From positions 19,840,001 to 19,904,000 of the forward strand of contig JBITNC010000002.1 in the NCBI GenBank assembly GCA_050084985.1: DNA of 64,000 bases. Direction: 5' to 3'. Within the stretch, counting starts at the first letter, position 1. Each line of letters starts with the position of its first letter. Below are positions 38,784 to 51,499 of the stretch, piece by piece. The position numbers and the translations under genes are program-made. Origin of the DNA: Nageia nagi. Its lineage: Eukaryota; Plantae; Pinophyta. A model generated the notes under the pieces. The model searched no databases, was not told the DNA's origin, and worked only from the letters and a program-made list of their open reading frames with translations.

Positions 38784-39779
38784 GGGTGGATGCAAGAAGT
38801 TGGGTCCACTTTAAGGCCAAAAAGTGGAAGTGTTTTCCTTGATTTTCAAATTTGGGTATGATTGATCTCAAAATTTGAAGCACTTAGACATGGAATATTG
38901 ACAAAGGTCACTAGGTTGAAAATGTAGTGCTCAAGGTATAGTTTTCAAATATTTAATTTGTTCTAATACCTAGATCATAGAATTTAAAAATTTTATAGGA
39001 TGAACAAAAACTACTTTTAAAAAAAAAACTATTTTTGGACCATACCATGAACGTGTTCGTCCACCATAATTTGACTAAAATCAAGGTATTTTTAAAATCC
39101 TTTTAAAAAAAGATACCTAACACATTGGAGCTTTTCTTGAATATTTTTCCATAATTTTTGAATCAATATTTTATTTTTTATTAATTTGATACCAAGTATG
39201 TTTGTGGTTTTGAAAAGTTCTCCTATCTGTTGACCATAATTTGATCTAAACTTAATCTTTTTTTAATTTTTTTATTCTTAGAGAGAATTCTGTGAAGCTT
39301 GTCCCTCTATAATTATTTTTTCATAACTCTTTCAAAAATAAAACTTATTAAGAAAATACGAGACCCTCTTATTTCAAGTATATGGACCACTTTTACTAAA
39401 AAAATAATTACAAAATACAAAATCTTATCCAATTGTAAAACAAATTATGTATTTTAAATCTACACTCTTTAATATATAATGGGTTTTAATTTCATAAAAA
39501 AATTCTACCAAAAACTCCATCAAACATATGCCTAAAGTTGAGATTTCCATTAAAATTGCCATAAATATATACTTGCAAGTCCAAGGCTAAGTGTTGGGTC
39601 ACCAAGCCTTTTTCGAGCCTAAATTCAAGGTGAAATTGAAGATATAAATATCAAGATCCTGATATTTGTACATATTTAACCTTTAAATATCAGGATCCCA
39701 ATTTTTTTGACATTGAATTTTAACTTTGCTGATTTTCCCCACTTACCCTTTAAGTGGACCCAACTTCTTGCTTTCACCC
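38784..39779 (+). mobile_element. Non-autonomous Sola2-like element (996 bp)
   Basis: TIRs GGGTGGATGCAAGAAGTTGGGTCCACTTTAAGG and revcomp GGGTGAAAGCAAGAAGTTGGGTCCACTTAAAGG. 4-bp TSD TTTT. Body homologous to the revcomp of ~25760-26593. Confidence 0.9.
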
Positions 39780-40091
39780 TTTTACTTGTATTTAAGCCTT
39801 GATCAAGTCTTGGGAAAGGCTTCTATGGTACACACTCAAATACCTCATATCTAGATCTTACAAACAAACTATACAAGGCATTTAAATATTAAATTTTAGT
39901 ATTTACATTTATAGTTACTATCTCTTATGAATTTTTCTATTGCATTTATGGAGGAATATTATATGATATTATTTTTATTATTATTACTAGTTGATTTGTA
40001 ACTCACTTTTTTCTTACCCTTTTTCATTCTTTTGAATCTTATTAAATAATTAACATTCATCTCCTTAACTTGAAGGGACATCACACCTCCC

Positions 40092-40576
40092 TCATCTTCT
40101 ATTCATGTTGTTTGGTACTATTTTTATATCATTTTTTTTTCTTTTTTTTTCATTAAGATACATATTGTAATATCTTTTATGTTACATATTTCAAAAGGAA
40201 CATAATGTAATCACTCAAACTAACATATTGATATCTTTATCTATTAATTTATTTGATCTTTCATCTTTCTTGTTATATATACATCCTTATTGTTCTATCT
40301 TCACTATATTTAATCCATATTATCAATGTTGTTTTATCTTCATCTTCTATTCATGTTGTTTGGTACTATTTTTATATCATTTTCTTTCTTTCTTTTTCAT
40401 CAAGATACATATTGTAATATTCTTTATGTCATATATTTCAAAAGGAACATAATGTAATCACTCAAAATAGCATAATTGATATCTTTATCTATCAACTTAT
40501 TTGATCTTTCATCCTTCTTGTTATATATACATCCTTATTATCTTATCTTCACTATCTTTAATCCATATTATCAATT
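40092..40576. repeat. Tandem duplication, 2 x ~248 bp
   Basis: TCATCTTCTATTCATGTTGTTTGGTACTA...TAATCCATATTATCAAT starts at 40092 and again at 40340. Confidence 0.92.
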
Positions 40577-42489
40577 TTATATATGCACCTTTTCATGTTC
40601 ATCAAATATACTTCATTTATTGATATAAATCCTAAACTAACTTTTAAATTTAACTAAGAAAAATCATTCAATTTATCCGATAGAATTCAATTTATCCTAT
40701 AGAACTTAAATATTTATCATTAAATTTTATGCCTTGAAAATCACTATAATTTTATCTTCCCAATTAAATTAAAATTATTTTTAACTTGTTAATCAATTAT
40801 TTTAATAACTCATTTCATTTATCTTTTACTAATGTTGTCCTAGCACATAGATCAAAAATAAATATTATTTAAACCGTATCTAAAGATTTTGACCTTTTCA
40901 CTCTTAATCACCTACTCCTAATTTAAAATACTCGTGCTTCATTTTGAAACACCTCTAAAATTGCAATATTTATACTTCATCGATCTGTTGCATGATATTG
41001 TCTTCATATGAAAGCTATTTCAATATTAGTGCACTGTTCGCCAAGTTTGACTGCTATTTAAGAAATCTCCTGACAACCCCAAGGTTGATACTACACTTAT
41101 TCTATCATTTCTAAATCCTAAAGAATAAAGATAGATAAAACTCAACAAAATCAAAGTCTAGAGCGATCATCTTATATATCTTGATTATAAAATACCATTA
41201 TAATAATTTTAAAATTTTATCATCATCATAACATGAATTGATTAAGGTTGATAAGTTTAAATTTCCAAAACATACTCGGTAATAGAGGATTACAGCGAAA
41301 ACGGTGTGCCCAACTATGGGATTCAAGCTTCCAAGCAATAATAAACGTCCACAAAATGACTTTTGCTCATAGAGGGGCTCCACAATTCCAACCACTATGC
41401 TCACAGTCTTCACCGCTGCAATGAAAGTTGTAAAGCCATAAATAGTCATGTAGAAAACTGAATGAGAGATGTCATGAAACAGACCAACCAGGCGCCTCCT
41501 CACAATTGCGTGATTAGACTATTCGTCGGGTTACGTTCCAAATCTTTTGGAATTACAATAATCCCAATTTTTCTGGAATAACGTCTGGAATTAAGGTTAG
41601 GGGGCATTATGTTTACCGACTCCGTTGAAAGATGATATGACACTTTCTCTCTGACCTTATTAGACTGATCGATTGCTTTCGCCCACCCTAGAAGAAATTA
41701 ATGACGTCGTTTTTGGGTTCAATTTTCTCCTTTTCTTGTTGCGCTTGACAAGGAAAAGGAGGGGTTAAACCAGACGGAGACCCCTTGAATTAAACTATAC
41801 CATTTCAGAGAAAATTACGCATCAAGATGAGTTGGATTGAGTTGAATTTCGTGTCAAGAATTTGATCTCCATGAAGAAAATGATTAATATATTTAAAAAG
41901 ATTTTTTAAACGTCTGTTAGAGATCAACATAGATCTACGAGACCTACTTTTTCATTAATAATGTGTGTAGAGGTGAAGGAAAATTGAACATAAAACCTAT
42001 ATCTTAACATGATCACTTGACCAATTCCACCAACAAACTAGACATTGGATAATGGATATAAACAAGCCATGGAGTGTCATTGGATGACAATATCTTGTCT
42101 TAGATCATGAATTTATGAGAGGTTGTCGTGTTCAGGGGAGGAAACGATGATTCGGTGGGTTAAAACTACAAAACCCATTAAAAAAAAGAACAAAAACAAT
42201 GACGAAGGTGCTCTGGCTTATGTAAGCTACATGCTGGTGGGTGAGGTGTGGGGTGTCGTTACATACCAAAACTAGTGGGAAAGGGAGACGTATTGTGATG
42301 AATTCCTAGAAATTGAAAAAGAGGGATTAGAAAATGAGACATGTCGAATCGAATTTGCGTGGAAGGACTCTTTCTTTCTTTGCTTAGTTTTCATCTTTGT
42401 GGAGAATTGCAAGAAAATGCTGTGAATGTGAAAAAAGGCAGCATAAACGCGTTTGACTTAATCTATCTCCACTCTGCCGTTAAAAAATT

Positions 42490-42515
42490 GCATTTATACA
42501 ATCTTCCTTATAAGA
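42490..42515 (+). promoter_or_regulatory. Candidate TATA box region of the MYB gene
   Basis: TTTATAC and CTTATAAGAG about 125-140 bp upstream of the ATG, inside a CpG-retaining region. Confidence 0.4.
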
Positions 42516-42634
42516 GATAGCCCCCTCGACTTTTAAGGTTGTAAAAAATCTCTGCAAATCCTTAAATATCTGTCTGCTTTTCTGAGTTCTGATATTTTGG
42601 ATGTCTGATGTATTTCTAGAGTTCTCTGTTTAAG

Positions 42635-44075
42635 ATGGGTCGTGCTCCGTGTTGTGATAAAGAGGGTGTGAAGAAGGGGCCATGGACTCCCGAAGAGGAT
42701 CAGAAGCTTATTGATTATATTAAACGCCATGGCCATGGAAGCTGGCGTTCACTTCCCAAACGTGCAGGTTCTGGGTTTTTATTATTCGTGTATTTTTTTC
42801 TAGAGGTTTTGGAAGATTCTGGAATACCATAAGTACTATTGGATTTTATGTTCGATCTCATAGGATAGGAATATTGTGTTTTTTTCTATTTTTGCAGGGT
42901 TGTTGAGGTGTGGGAAGAGCTGCAGGCTGAGATGGACTAATTATCTCAGACCCGATATCAAACGAGGCAACTTCTCAGTCGAAGAAGAGCAGACCATTAT
43001 TGGACTCCATGGAGTTATGGGTAACAAGTAAGACATAGTAGACCATATAAGCTGTTGTGCTAAAAAAAATTATGTTTTTAAACTGTTTGGTTATGCATAC
43101 AGATGGTCTGCAATAGCCTCGCAGCTACCTGGAAGGACAGACAATGAGATAAAGAACTATTGGAACACCCACTTGAAGAAAAGGCTGCTTCAGATGGGAA
43201 TAGACCCCGTGACTCACAGACCCAGAATGGATCTCTTTGATTTTTCCAACCCCATGGCCACTCCATGGAAGAACGCAAGACTGCAGGAAGTTCTGACGAG
43301 AGAATATTATCTAAAAATTGTTGCAGCAGCCATGATCCAGCAGCATACGGATGTCTATAATCATGAGAATGTAGGCTCAATTAATGCCCTTGAGGACCTT
43401 ATACTCAGATCTCAGCCTGCAATTGAATACCCCCTATCTAGCCCAGATTTTACTTCAAATCCTATCATTTCTCAGATTTGTTCTCACCCAGGATCTCTAG
43501 ACTATGATACATTAGTGCCCCAAGCTCTAGAGCAACTGGAATCCCAAAATCAAATCATGAAGAACATTCAGAATTTGTCCCACACTTCCACTCTACATGG
43601 CCTCAATAGTCCATCATCCAACATCAAACTAGAAAGCCAAGACAATAACAATGCAACTCCTACTGCCACCATCATCAATGATCAACAAAATCTAATTCCT
43701 GACCCTAAATTCTTGCCTCATCACTTCTCAATGGAATATGCTTCAACATCATGGCCTGAAGAGAGCCTGTATGGAATTTCTAGGAGTACTGTTTCTCATG
43801 AGTCCTTGCCAGCACTTGCATCGTCCACGTCCTCTTCCAAAATTTTTAACGATTCTTGTGATTTTGTTGGAGATGCTTCTTCATCAATGCTAGACAAAAA
43901 CACTAGCACGCCAAGTGCTACTACTAGTAAGAGATCATATGTATTCCCGTCTGAATTTCTCCTGGATATTCAAGAAGTTGGTTCCCAGCAAACCGAGGAA
44001 AGCCGAGATATGCAGAAGTGTGAATATGGGAGAGACTATTGGAGTGATGTGCTCAATTATGTTTCATTGGAGTGA
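42635..44075 (+). CDS. R2R3-MYB transcription factor, exons 42635-42767, 42898-43027, 43103-44075 (411 aa); GIDPVTH-type clade (subgroups 9/10/11/24 related)
   Basis: [25 protein letters not shown]...[27 protein letters not shown]...[47 protein letters not shown]. Canonical 133 and 130 bp first exons, GT-AG introns, open frame. Confidence 0.97.
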
Positions 44076-44088
44076 TGTGCTCAATTAT
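44038..44088 (+). repeat. 23-bp direct repeat (28-bp period) spanning the MYB stop codon
   Basis: ATTGGAGTGATGTGCTCAATTAT at 44038-44060 and 44066-44088. Confidence 0.95.
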
Positions 44089-44363
44089 CAAGAGCAACAA
44101 AGGAAGTATCATCTGCAGAGTATTACACCATAACTTGATTGCACATATATTGGCAGAAATTATGATATGTAGACCACTGGTAGCTTTAGGATATATGTGT
44201 GATGAAGGTAAGGTGTAATTGATGAATCATGCTCATGCCATGAACCTCGAAAATCTGAGCATGAGGATTCGACGATCAATTTTCTAGCAGTGTGCATGCG
44301 GCTTTACATTTCACAGATTATTTTTATAGATGGCTTCTTGATGAAAGATATCTAATAGAGAAC

Positions 44364-44780
44364 ACCACTTGAGGCTTCACATTTAGTGGGAGTTTGTTCT
44401 TAGACAGTGCTTGTGTTGAAAGGAAGGAAATTGTTGCAGGTAAGTTGAATATTAACATTTTTCAAGCCGTTGATGTATTATGAGAAAACAATTAGTCTGC
44501 GTGAGAGGTTCATTGCATTGCTGTTAACATCTTGAAAATTCAAAATAAAATCGATAAATTTTGAGGAAATTTTGGTTGTCATCTTATTGTGGACATTATG
44601 AGCCATTCATTTTGGGCTCCTCTTCTCACTATATGTTTTCCTTATTTTGGGATGTAGATGCCTTGGAGCTCTCTCTGAGATCGACTTTTCAAAAGAAAAC
44701 ATAGCTGATAGTGAGTAGCGAGAAAAAATTATGTATAAAAATTGAAGAAAAGATAGTAATTTGGATGTATGATGGTCATA
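44364..44780 (+). repeat. MYB 3' flank segment, duplicated at 47171-47575
   Basis: ACCACTTGAGGCTTCACATTT...AGAAAAGATAGT..GATGTATGAT is colinear with 47171-47575. Confidence 0.85.
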
Positions 44781-47170
44781 ACTTGGAGAAAGGTTATATA
44801 TCTTCTTATAATTATATTTTTCTAAGGTAATGTAAAGGTTAAGTTGATTTCAAATTAATCTTTCTTTTATATTTTTCATTTGAGGATCGCATTTTCTTTT
44901 TCTACTCAAAACTAGTTTGGTTGTATTTTATTATTTTATAATTTTTAATATTTTTATGATATACTTTTAAGTATTTAATTAAATTATTTATTTTTTATCA
45001 AGTTTTTAAGTTGTGGTAAGTATCTATATTTTATATTTGTCATATGACATGATATTCTTAAGTTAAAATTTTAATGACGAAATTTTGCATTTAAAGATAT
45101 GATTGTTTCACCATAATAACTTAATAAGGAGTTGCTTTAGTGAAGGTTCTAACACCCATTTTTTGTTGAAATATATTTATATTAATAAATGAATATAAAC
45201 ACTTTTTACATAAAAAAGGTTGGTTGAAAAAGAATATACCTAAAAAATATCGAAAGTATATAAAAGGCCATTTTGGCATGCTCATCAAGGTAATATTAGA
45301 GATATTAAATCACTATTAAAGAAGGGACTCATGCATGTTATTCAATTGAGGGCCATTGGCTCACATCCTTAATTAGTTAGGACAACATGCTTGATCAAGG
45401 TAAATGTTAAGACCCTACATGCCCCCCTCCCAAAAAAACTAACACCCTAGAAATCTTTGGTGAATCTATTAGAAATCTATTTAGAAATTTGATCGAATTT
45501 GGTTAAAACTTATTTAGAATGCTTGGAAAATTTTATACTTAAATTAAAAAGATAAAAATATATATATTGGAGAATATAGTAGCTTAACAATGAAAAAGTA
45601 GTTGCATCAAGCATTCAAATCTAAAATTCATTTCCTAAGTGAATGACATTCTAAACCATAAACTTTACATCATGAATTCATAAATTTATATACTTAAAAA
45701 TTGGATTAAAAAATTAAAGATGAATAAAGAAAATAAATTTTATAACTATATTTATTTATGTTTTCCTTTAAAAATGTACATAATGGAAGGCCTACAAATG
45801 AACCACATGGAAGCCATGCAATACAATTACGTATGAAAACTAGCCATATGGCAAGCATGCAATCTAAAAACTTGTATTTGTAATGGATTTAATATAAAAT
45901 TAAAAGTGTACATAATTACATTAAGAACAATGAAAATATTCCACAAGTAGTCATTTTTTAATATGGCTTTATATAATAGATTGTTGAATTTATTCCCATC
46001 TTCTCATTAAGTCACCATTGAAGAAGTATATTCAACATGTAGAATCAATAACTTGTACTTTTATTGTTATCCAAAATTATTACCATCTACATAAGACTAT
46101 ATAGCTAGAGGAAGAGAAATAGTTTAGTCTGGAAAGACTACCTATGATTTATGGAACTTTTCTTCAACTTCTTATGTAGTATTTGATGTCAAAATAATTA
46201 TTTATATACAAATTGCTCATGCAACTATTACATGAGTGATATGCATAATGATTAAATAATACATCAAACATTATTTCTTCTTGTTCTTAAAAAGTATTCT
46301 AAAGGGAATTAATTGAATCATGTCCACTATGCATTGAGAGAGATATCTCAAATATTATTCATTATTTAATAAAATGGTAAAAAAGGTCATAAAATATAAA
46401 TTATAAAATGTAACCTAACAATTAATACTAAATGATAAAAATAATTTGGAATTTCTATGTTACTAAGAATAAAAATAAAAACTTGAATTACTTAGTTATA
46501 AGAAGTTATCCAATAACACCCATAGATAATGGTTAAAGTAAATTCCTTCTTATTTTGATAAGTATTTCAAAAATTAAGTAGGAATTAGCTTCAAGTAACC
46601 CTTAATCCTTCTATTTAGAACATTATTTTGGATTAAGATAAAATCAAAAAGAAAATTTTATTTACTATTATGAAAAATGGAGAAGGAGGTAGTACATTTT
46701 GTATATAGTAATGGAGGGATGTGACTTGAAACATATGTTAAATGTCATTTCAACATGAATCATACTTCCTTTCCATATGTGAAATGTTGTTTCAACATGT
46801 GTAATATACTAGTTTCCATATCATAACTAAATATGTAAAGATGTTATCTAGATGATGATGTAAGATAGTAATGTTAGTTATCATATTTGTTATCACATCA
46901 AATTTTACTATCATTACCACAAACATGTTATAAGGTTGTCCAAAATATGCTATTGAGTCATTAAAAATATATTACCAAAATACCAAAAATATGATATCAT
47001 ATCATACATAATATGTTATTGAGTTAACCAAATATCTAACTAGGTCGTTAGAAATATATTATAAATCATCAAAAATATATCATTGGCTTGTTATAAATAT
47101 AAGTTACTAGGTTGTAAAAAATATGCTATTGGATCATTAGAAATATACTACTAAATCATCAAAAAATGCT

Positions 47171-47575
47171 ACCACTTGAAGCTTCACATTTGGTGGAATG
47201 TTGTTAGATACTACTTCTCTATAATCGAAGGAAATTACTGTGGTAAGTGAGTATTAATATTTGTTAATTTATTGATTTATTATGAGAAAATAATTAGACT
47301 TTGTGAGAGTTCCATTGTATTTTTATTCCTATATATAAATTTAAAAAAAAAAACATGAAATTTTTTGTTATCATGATATCACCCTTATTTGGTACTCTTT
47401 ATGCCATTCATTTTGGTTGATGTCTTTTCCTTTGAGTTATCTATGATTAACTTTCCAAAAGGATATCATAGATGATAGTGAATAGGGAGATAAAAATGAT
47501 GTATTATACTTAAAAAAATATTGAAAATAGTAATAGGAAAAGAAAAGATAGTGAGTTAGATGTATGATAATTATC
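47171..47575 (+). repeat. Decayed second copy of 44364-44780
   Basis: Same block order with many C>T/G>A differences; preceded by a degenerate ~20 bp AAAATATGCTATTG-type array at 46920-47170. Confidence 0.82.
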
Positions 47576-49449
47576 TATTTAAGAATATTTCTTCAAGAAT
47601 GATTATAATATGTGTAGCTACAAATTTCTCTTTTTTCTTAGGGGGAGTTATTGATGAATATTATATAATAGTGAAGGGATACATAGTAAAATAAATATAT
47701 CTTTACATAAACTAGGAGATGATATTACTTTACAGTTTTTCCCATAAGAACTCCATAAGTTGGTAACACTAGGTTGCAAAAATAAAATAATCATCTAGAG
47801 ATGAATTCTATTGAACCTTATCCTCAATTTTATCAATTTCCTCTAGCTGTTCATATTAAAGTTGTAGCAAATGATCATAGCCTACCGTTTTCAACTTCAC
47901 CAAATTATTTTTCTTTACAACTATTGCTTACATTTCTTGTTGTGTTTTTAGTAGTTCAGGTAGTACTATTTGATCAAGTAATAATTTCTTACTCATCTCT
48001 TTAAGGATAATATTTAGTTCCTCTATGGTTCTATCAATTCTTTAAGAGGGTTGATGTATGATATTATGAAAAATGGCATCTTGTTGATCATTGGTAATCA
48101 ATCTATATATAGTGATTTCCCTATGTACACCTTGTAATGTATTCTAAAATATTTTATATCATTGTATAAAATTTTATTGATTTTATCAGATATATTATTG
48201 TGTCATTTATTTATGGTGAATGATCTTATACATGATTGCTTTTAGTTGATTGCCAAGTTTTTGGATTCTATATAGCTAAAATATAAGCATTTCATAGTGA
48301 ACTACCTAAATTGATGCTTGCCTCTTATCTTTCCAAAGATAAAAATTTTCTTATTGACCAATAAAGACTTGGTGAATATTGTGATCAACATTCCTCATTA
48401 TGTGAAAATGATCTTGGATCGTAATTTTATTTATATTTAGGAATTTTAATAAAGTGAATTTTGTAATTTTAGGGTGAATTACTAAAATTATACTTTCTAA
48501 ATAGAAAGTGGATAATTTAGGAATTTTCCTTCATCATATTTATCATACTTTGCCACCTTCCTCTTCCAATTGTATCCTTCCACTTGGTTTAATAATCAAT
48601 GGTTCTAGTCCCTTCAATCCATGTATTACCTATGTTAGCCATGTGAAGCATTACACCCCATGTGCCACCCTATGTAAATGTTAAATCTAGTATGTTACTC
48701 ATGTGATACTATTAGGAAAATTTATGTTGACAAAAGCCTCATTGTAAGCTTATAGTTATAGATCATTTTTTTATGTATTCATGTCATAAATTTTATAGAT
48801 AAGAGCTCAAAATCTAAACTATTTTGAATTCAATGTGATAATTTCTCCTTTGGCTTATTTTTTGTGTTGATTCAAGAATGTATATCCTTTTGCAACCTTA
48901 TATTATTTAAATATTTATTGGGCATGTTCTACCATATGATTATATTCCTATCATTGCAAGTATTGAATTATTAGTTCATGATACTATTTATTGTTATTTC
49001 TTCATCATCGAATCCATGCCCATTCCTTGAGTAGGATACTTGGCACCACTCTAGATAACTCCAAACTAGAAATATTCCTAGTGATTAGATCCATTTTCTC
49101 TTATAAAATTATTTTATTTTATTTACACATTAATTACTCTTTTGAGAGTGAAATCTTGATATTTTTCAACAGAAAGAGGGTTATAATCCTAGACTTATAG
49201 TTAAATATCCATGGTTGTTATCTAGTAAACCTAATATAATTATAAAAAGGTGGTTACATTCAAGTAACCTCATATCTATAGATAAATAGGGGAAATAAGA
49301 TTTGTGACATTAACCTTAGCATTCCTAAGTGGTTCCTATATCTTTTACAACAATTTTACAATCATTACATTGCATAAAATTGTGTCTCTCTACTTTATTT
49401 TGGCAAAGAGTACATGAGCCTTCTAATGAAAACCATTGTGTACATACCT

Positions 49450-49865
49450 TGTACTATCATTATATTTTTTTAAGTAATAATAAAAGGATGGTTGTAAACT
49501 ACCATATTATGTTTATTTGGGTAGCTAAAAACTACCCTCATAAATTGTAACTAAGAAGGCATTTATGAACAACCCTAATATAATCTAAAAGGTTAATTTT
49601 AAACCTCCCTCATAGTGATAATCCAAGGTGTGTATGTTGTGACTTAAATTTACAATTTATTGTATAGGGCACTTTATAAATTCCCTAAAATATTTAAGAG
49701 GGCAATTTATATCCTCCTTAAAAGATACTAATAAGGTTATTTTAACCACTTTTGTATGGTGTTGATTTTTTAACAATACCACCATAGAAAGTAGTTAGAT
49801 AACCCCTTTAAAATACCTTTAAAGGTGATTACAAATTACCTTAAAAGGAAAACTTTGATGTAGTG
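49450..49865 (-). mobile_element. CACTA-like terminal fragment
   Basis: Ends in TGTAGTG (CACTACA on the minus strand), with short subterminal AAACCACC/GGTGGTTT-like repeats. Confidence 0.45.
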
Positions 49866-51499
49866 ATATCTATGTTTATCACATATAATGGATAAGTATG
49901 ATAGAATACCATTTTAATTTATTCAAGCATATCCTTTTTGACTACAAGTGTGGATGATGGATTAGTGAGATCTTTTTGTTTATTCCTTTTCTTCATCACA
50001 TAAATAATGAAGAAAATATTATATAAATTTATTAAGGAGAGAAGGTCCATAAAATTAATGATATACCAATTTAATATGACTACCATAGAAGATTGGTTGT
50101 ACTTGCGTTAAAATTCAATTTGCTCCTACATTCACAAAGCTTCCTAAATGTTTTATGGTATACAAGGTGGGTGATTAGAAATTCTATCTACATCAATTCT
50201 CATACATATCATAGCACAATTTTCACAAGTCATACTTATGATCATATCACTTCTTGTCCATGGTAGCAAAGTTCCATGTCTTCATTGCATCTAAAATGAT
50301 ATATTTTTGTTGTATCAAGCTAATATTTTATTAGATGTAAAATTTATATAAGTATTTAAAATTTAATACTAAAACATTATTGGCTAAACATTTACCATAA
50401 TAAGTTCCCATAACTAGCTTTTAATAGCCAATGGTATTGAACCTCTAATTTGTATGGGTGATAGGATAATCTCCCTCACAATGATCCCTAAGTAAGATGC
50501 ACTTAGTAGAATTTCCTTCTTGGGTATATATATTTAGTTTAAAAATGATCTCCATATTATATATATTTCTTGAATTTCGTACATATCTTTTTGGATCTAT
50601 CTTTCTATAATATTCAGTGTTTGAAGTGTGTGATGACCTAGCATTAATAACTATATATTGGATACCATACAAATATCATTATATCATATAGTATGATACT
50701 AAAAATAACATCATGAGAAAATTTCTTATGTGATCTATGTACCTTCTAGATAGCCCAATAATCATCATACTCATTTCAAGTATTCTCACCATTGAAATAC
50801 TTTATATCTTGGGTGACCTCCTTATCTTCCTCATTCATGAAACTTCATAGTTAGTATATTCCTTTTCCAATTACTACAACACATAATATTCAATAATAAA
50901 AGTATAGTTAATTCTAATATGCCTAGGTCAATCATTACTAAAAGTACTATCAAATTTTAAAGACTTACTATTGGCTCCTAACTTTTTGTAACAACCTTAA
51001 CTATCGATGATGTCATCCTTTGTCTAGTTTTGAATATATTTTCACTTTGAATATTGTATAGACACATTGTAAAATCAAAATATACATAGATAACACATAA
51101 TGAAAGACTATATATGCATACAAAAATGTAAAATACTAATGAAATACCCTTACCTCCATTAAGTGTAGACATTTTTCACAATAGCCAATTTATGTATAGA
51201 AATTCAAAGATAATAAGTCAAGAATATCAATAAGTCAATCAAATAAGTGAATAACATCAAGTAAAAATTTAATTCAAACATCTCTAGTATATTATTATTT
51301 GGAATGGATCAAAAGTCACAACTCCTACATAATATCACTAATTACCATAATTTTCTTTAATCCAATGATTTAAATCAAATGATATCCCTTATGCATCTAG
51401 GAGCTTCTAAACTAGGATAGCAAATAACATTAAAGCATGCGTAATAAGGGATCATCGATCTATCATTTAAAGATACTTTTATTTTCTATGATCTTGAAA

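Noticed and set aside
41198-41503. 101-aa minus-strand ORF as a divergent gene; also antisense ORFs 42533-42736 and 43078-43380
   Set aside because: Non-ATG start or antisense shadow of the MYB exons, with no domain similarity; expected by chance in higher-GC sequence.
47700-48420. Receptor-kinase pseudogene fragment (LMYDIMKNG resembles LVYDYMxNG)
   Set aside because: Only one short motif; other kinase subdomains are not recoverable.
50000-51200. Minus-strand transposase or gene remnant
   Set aside because: No diagnostic motif identified.
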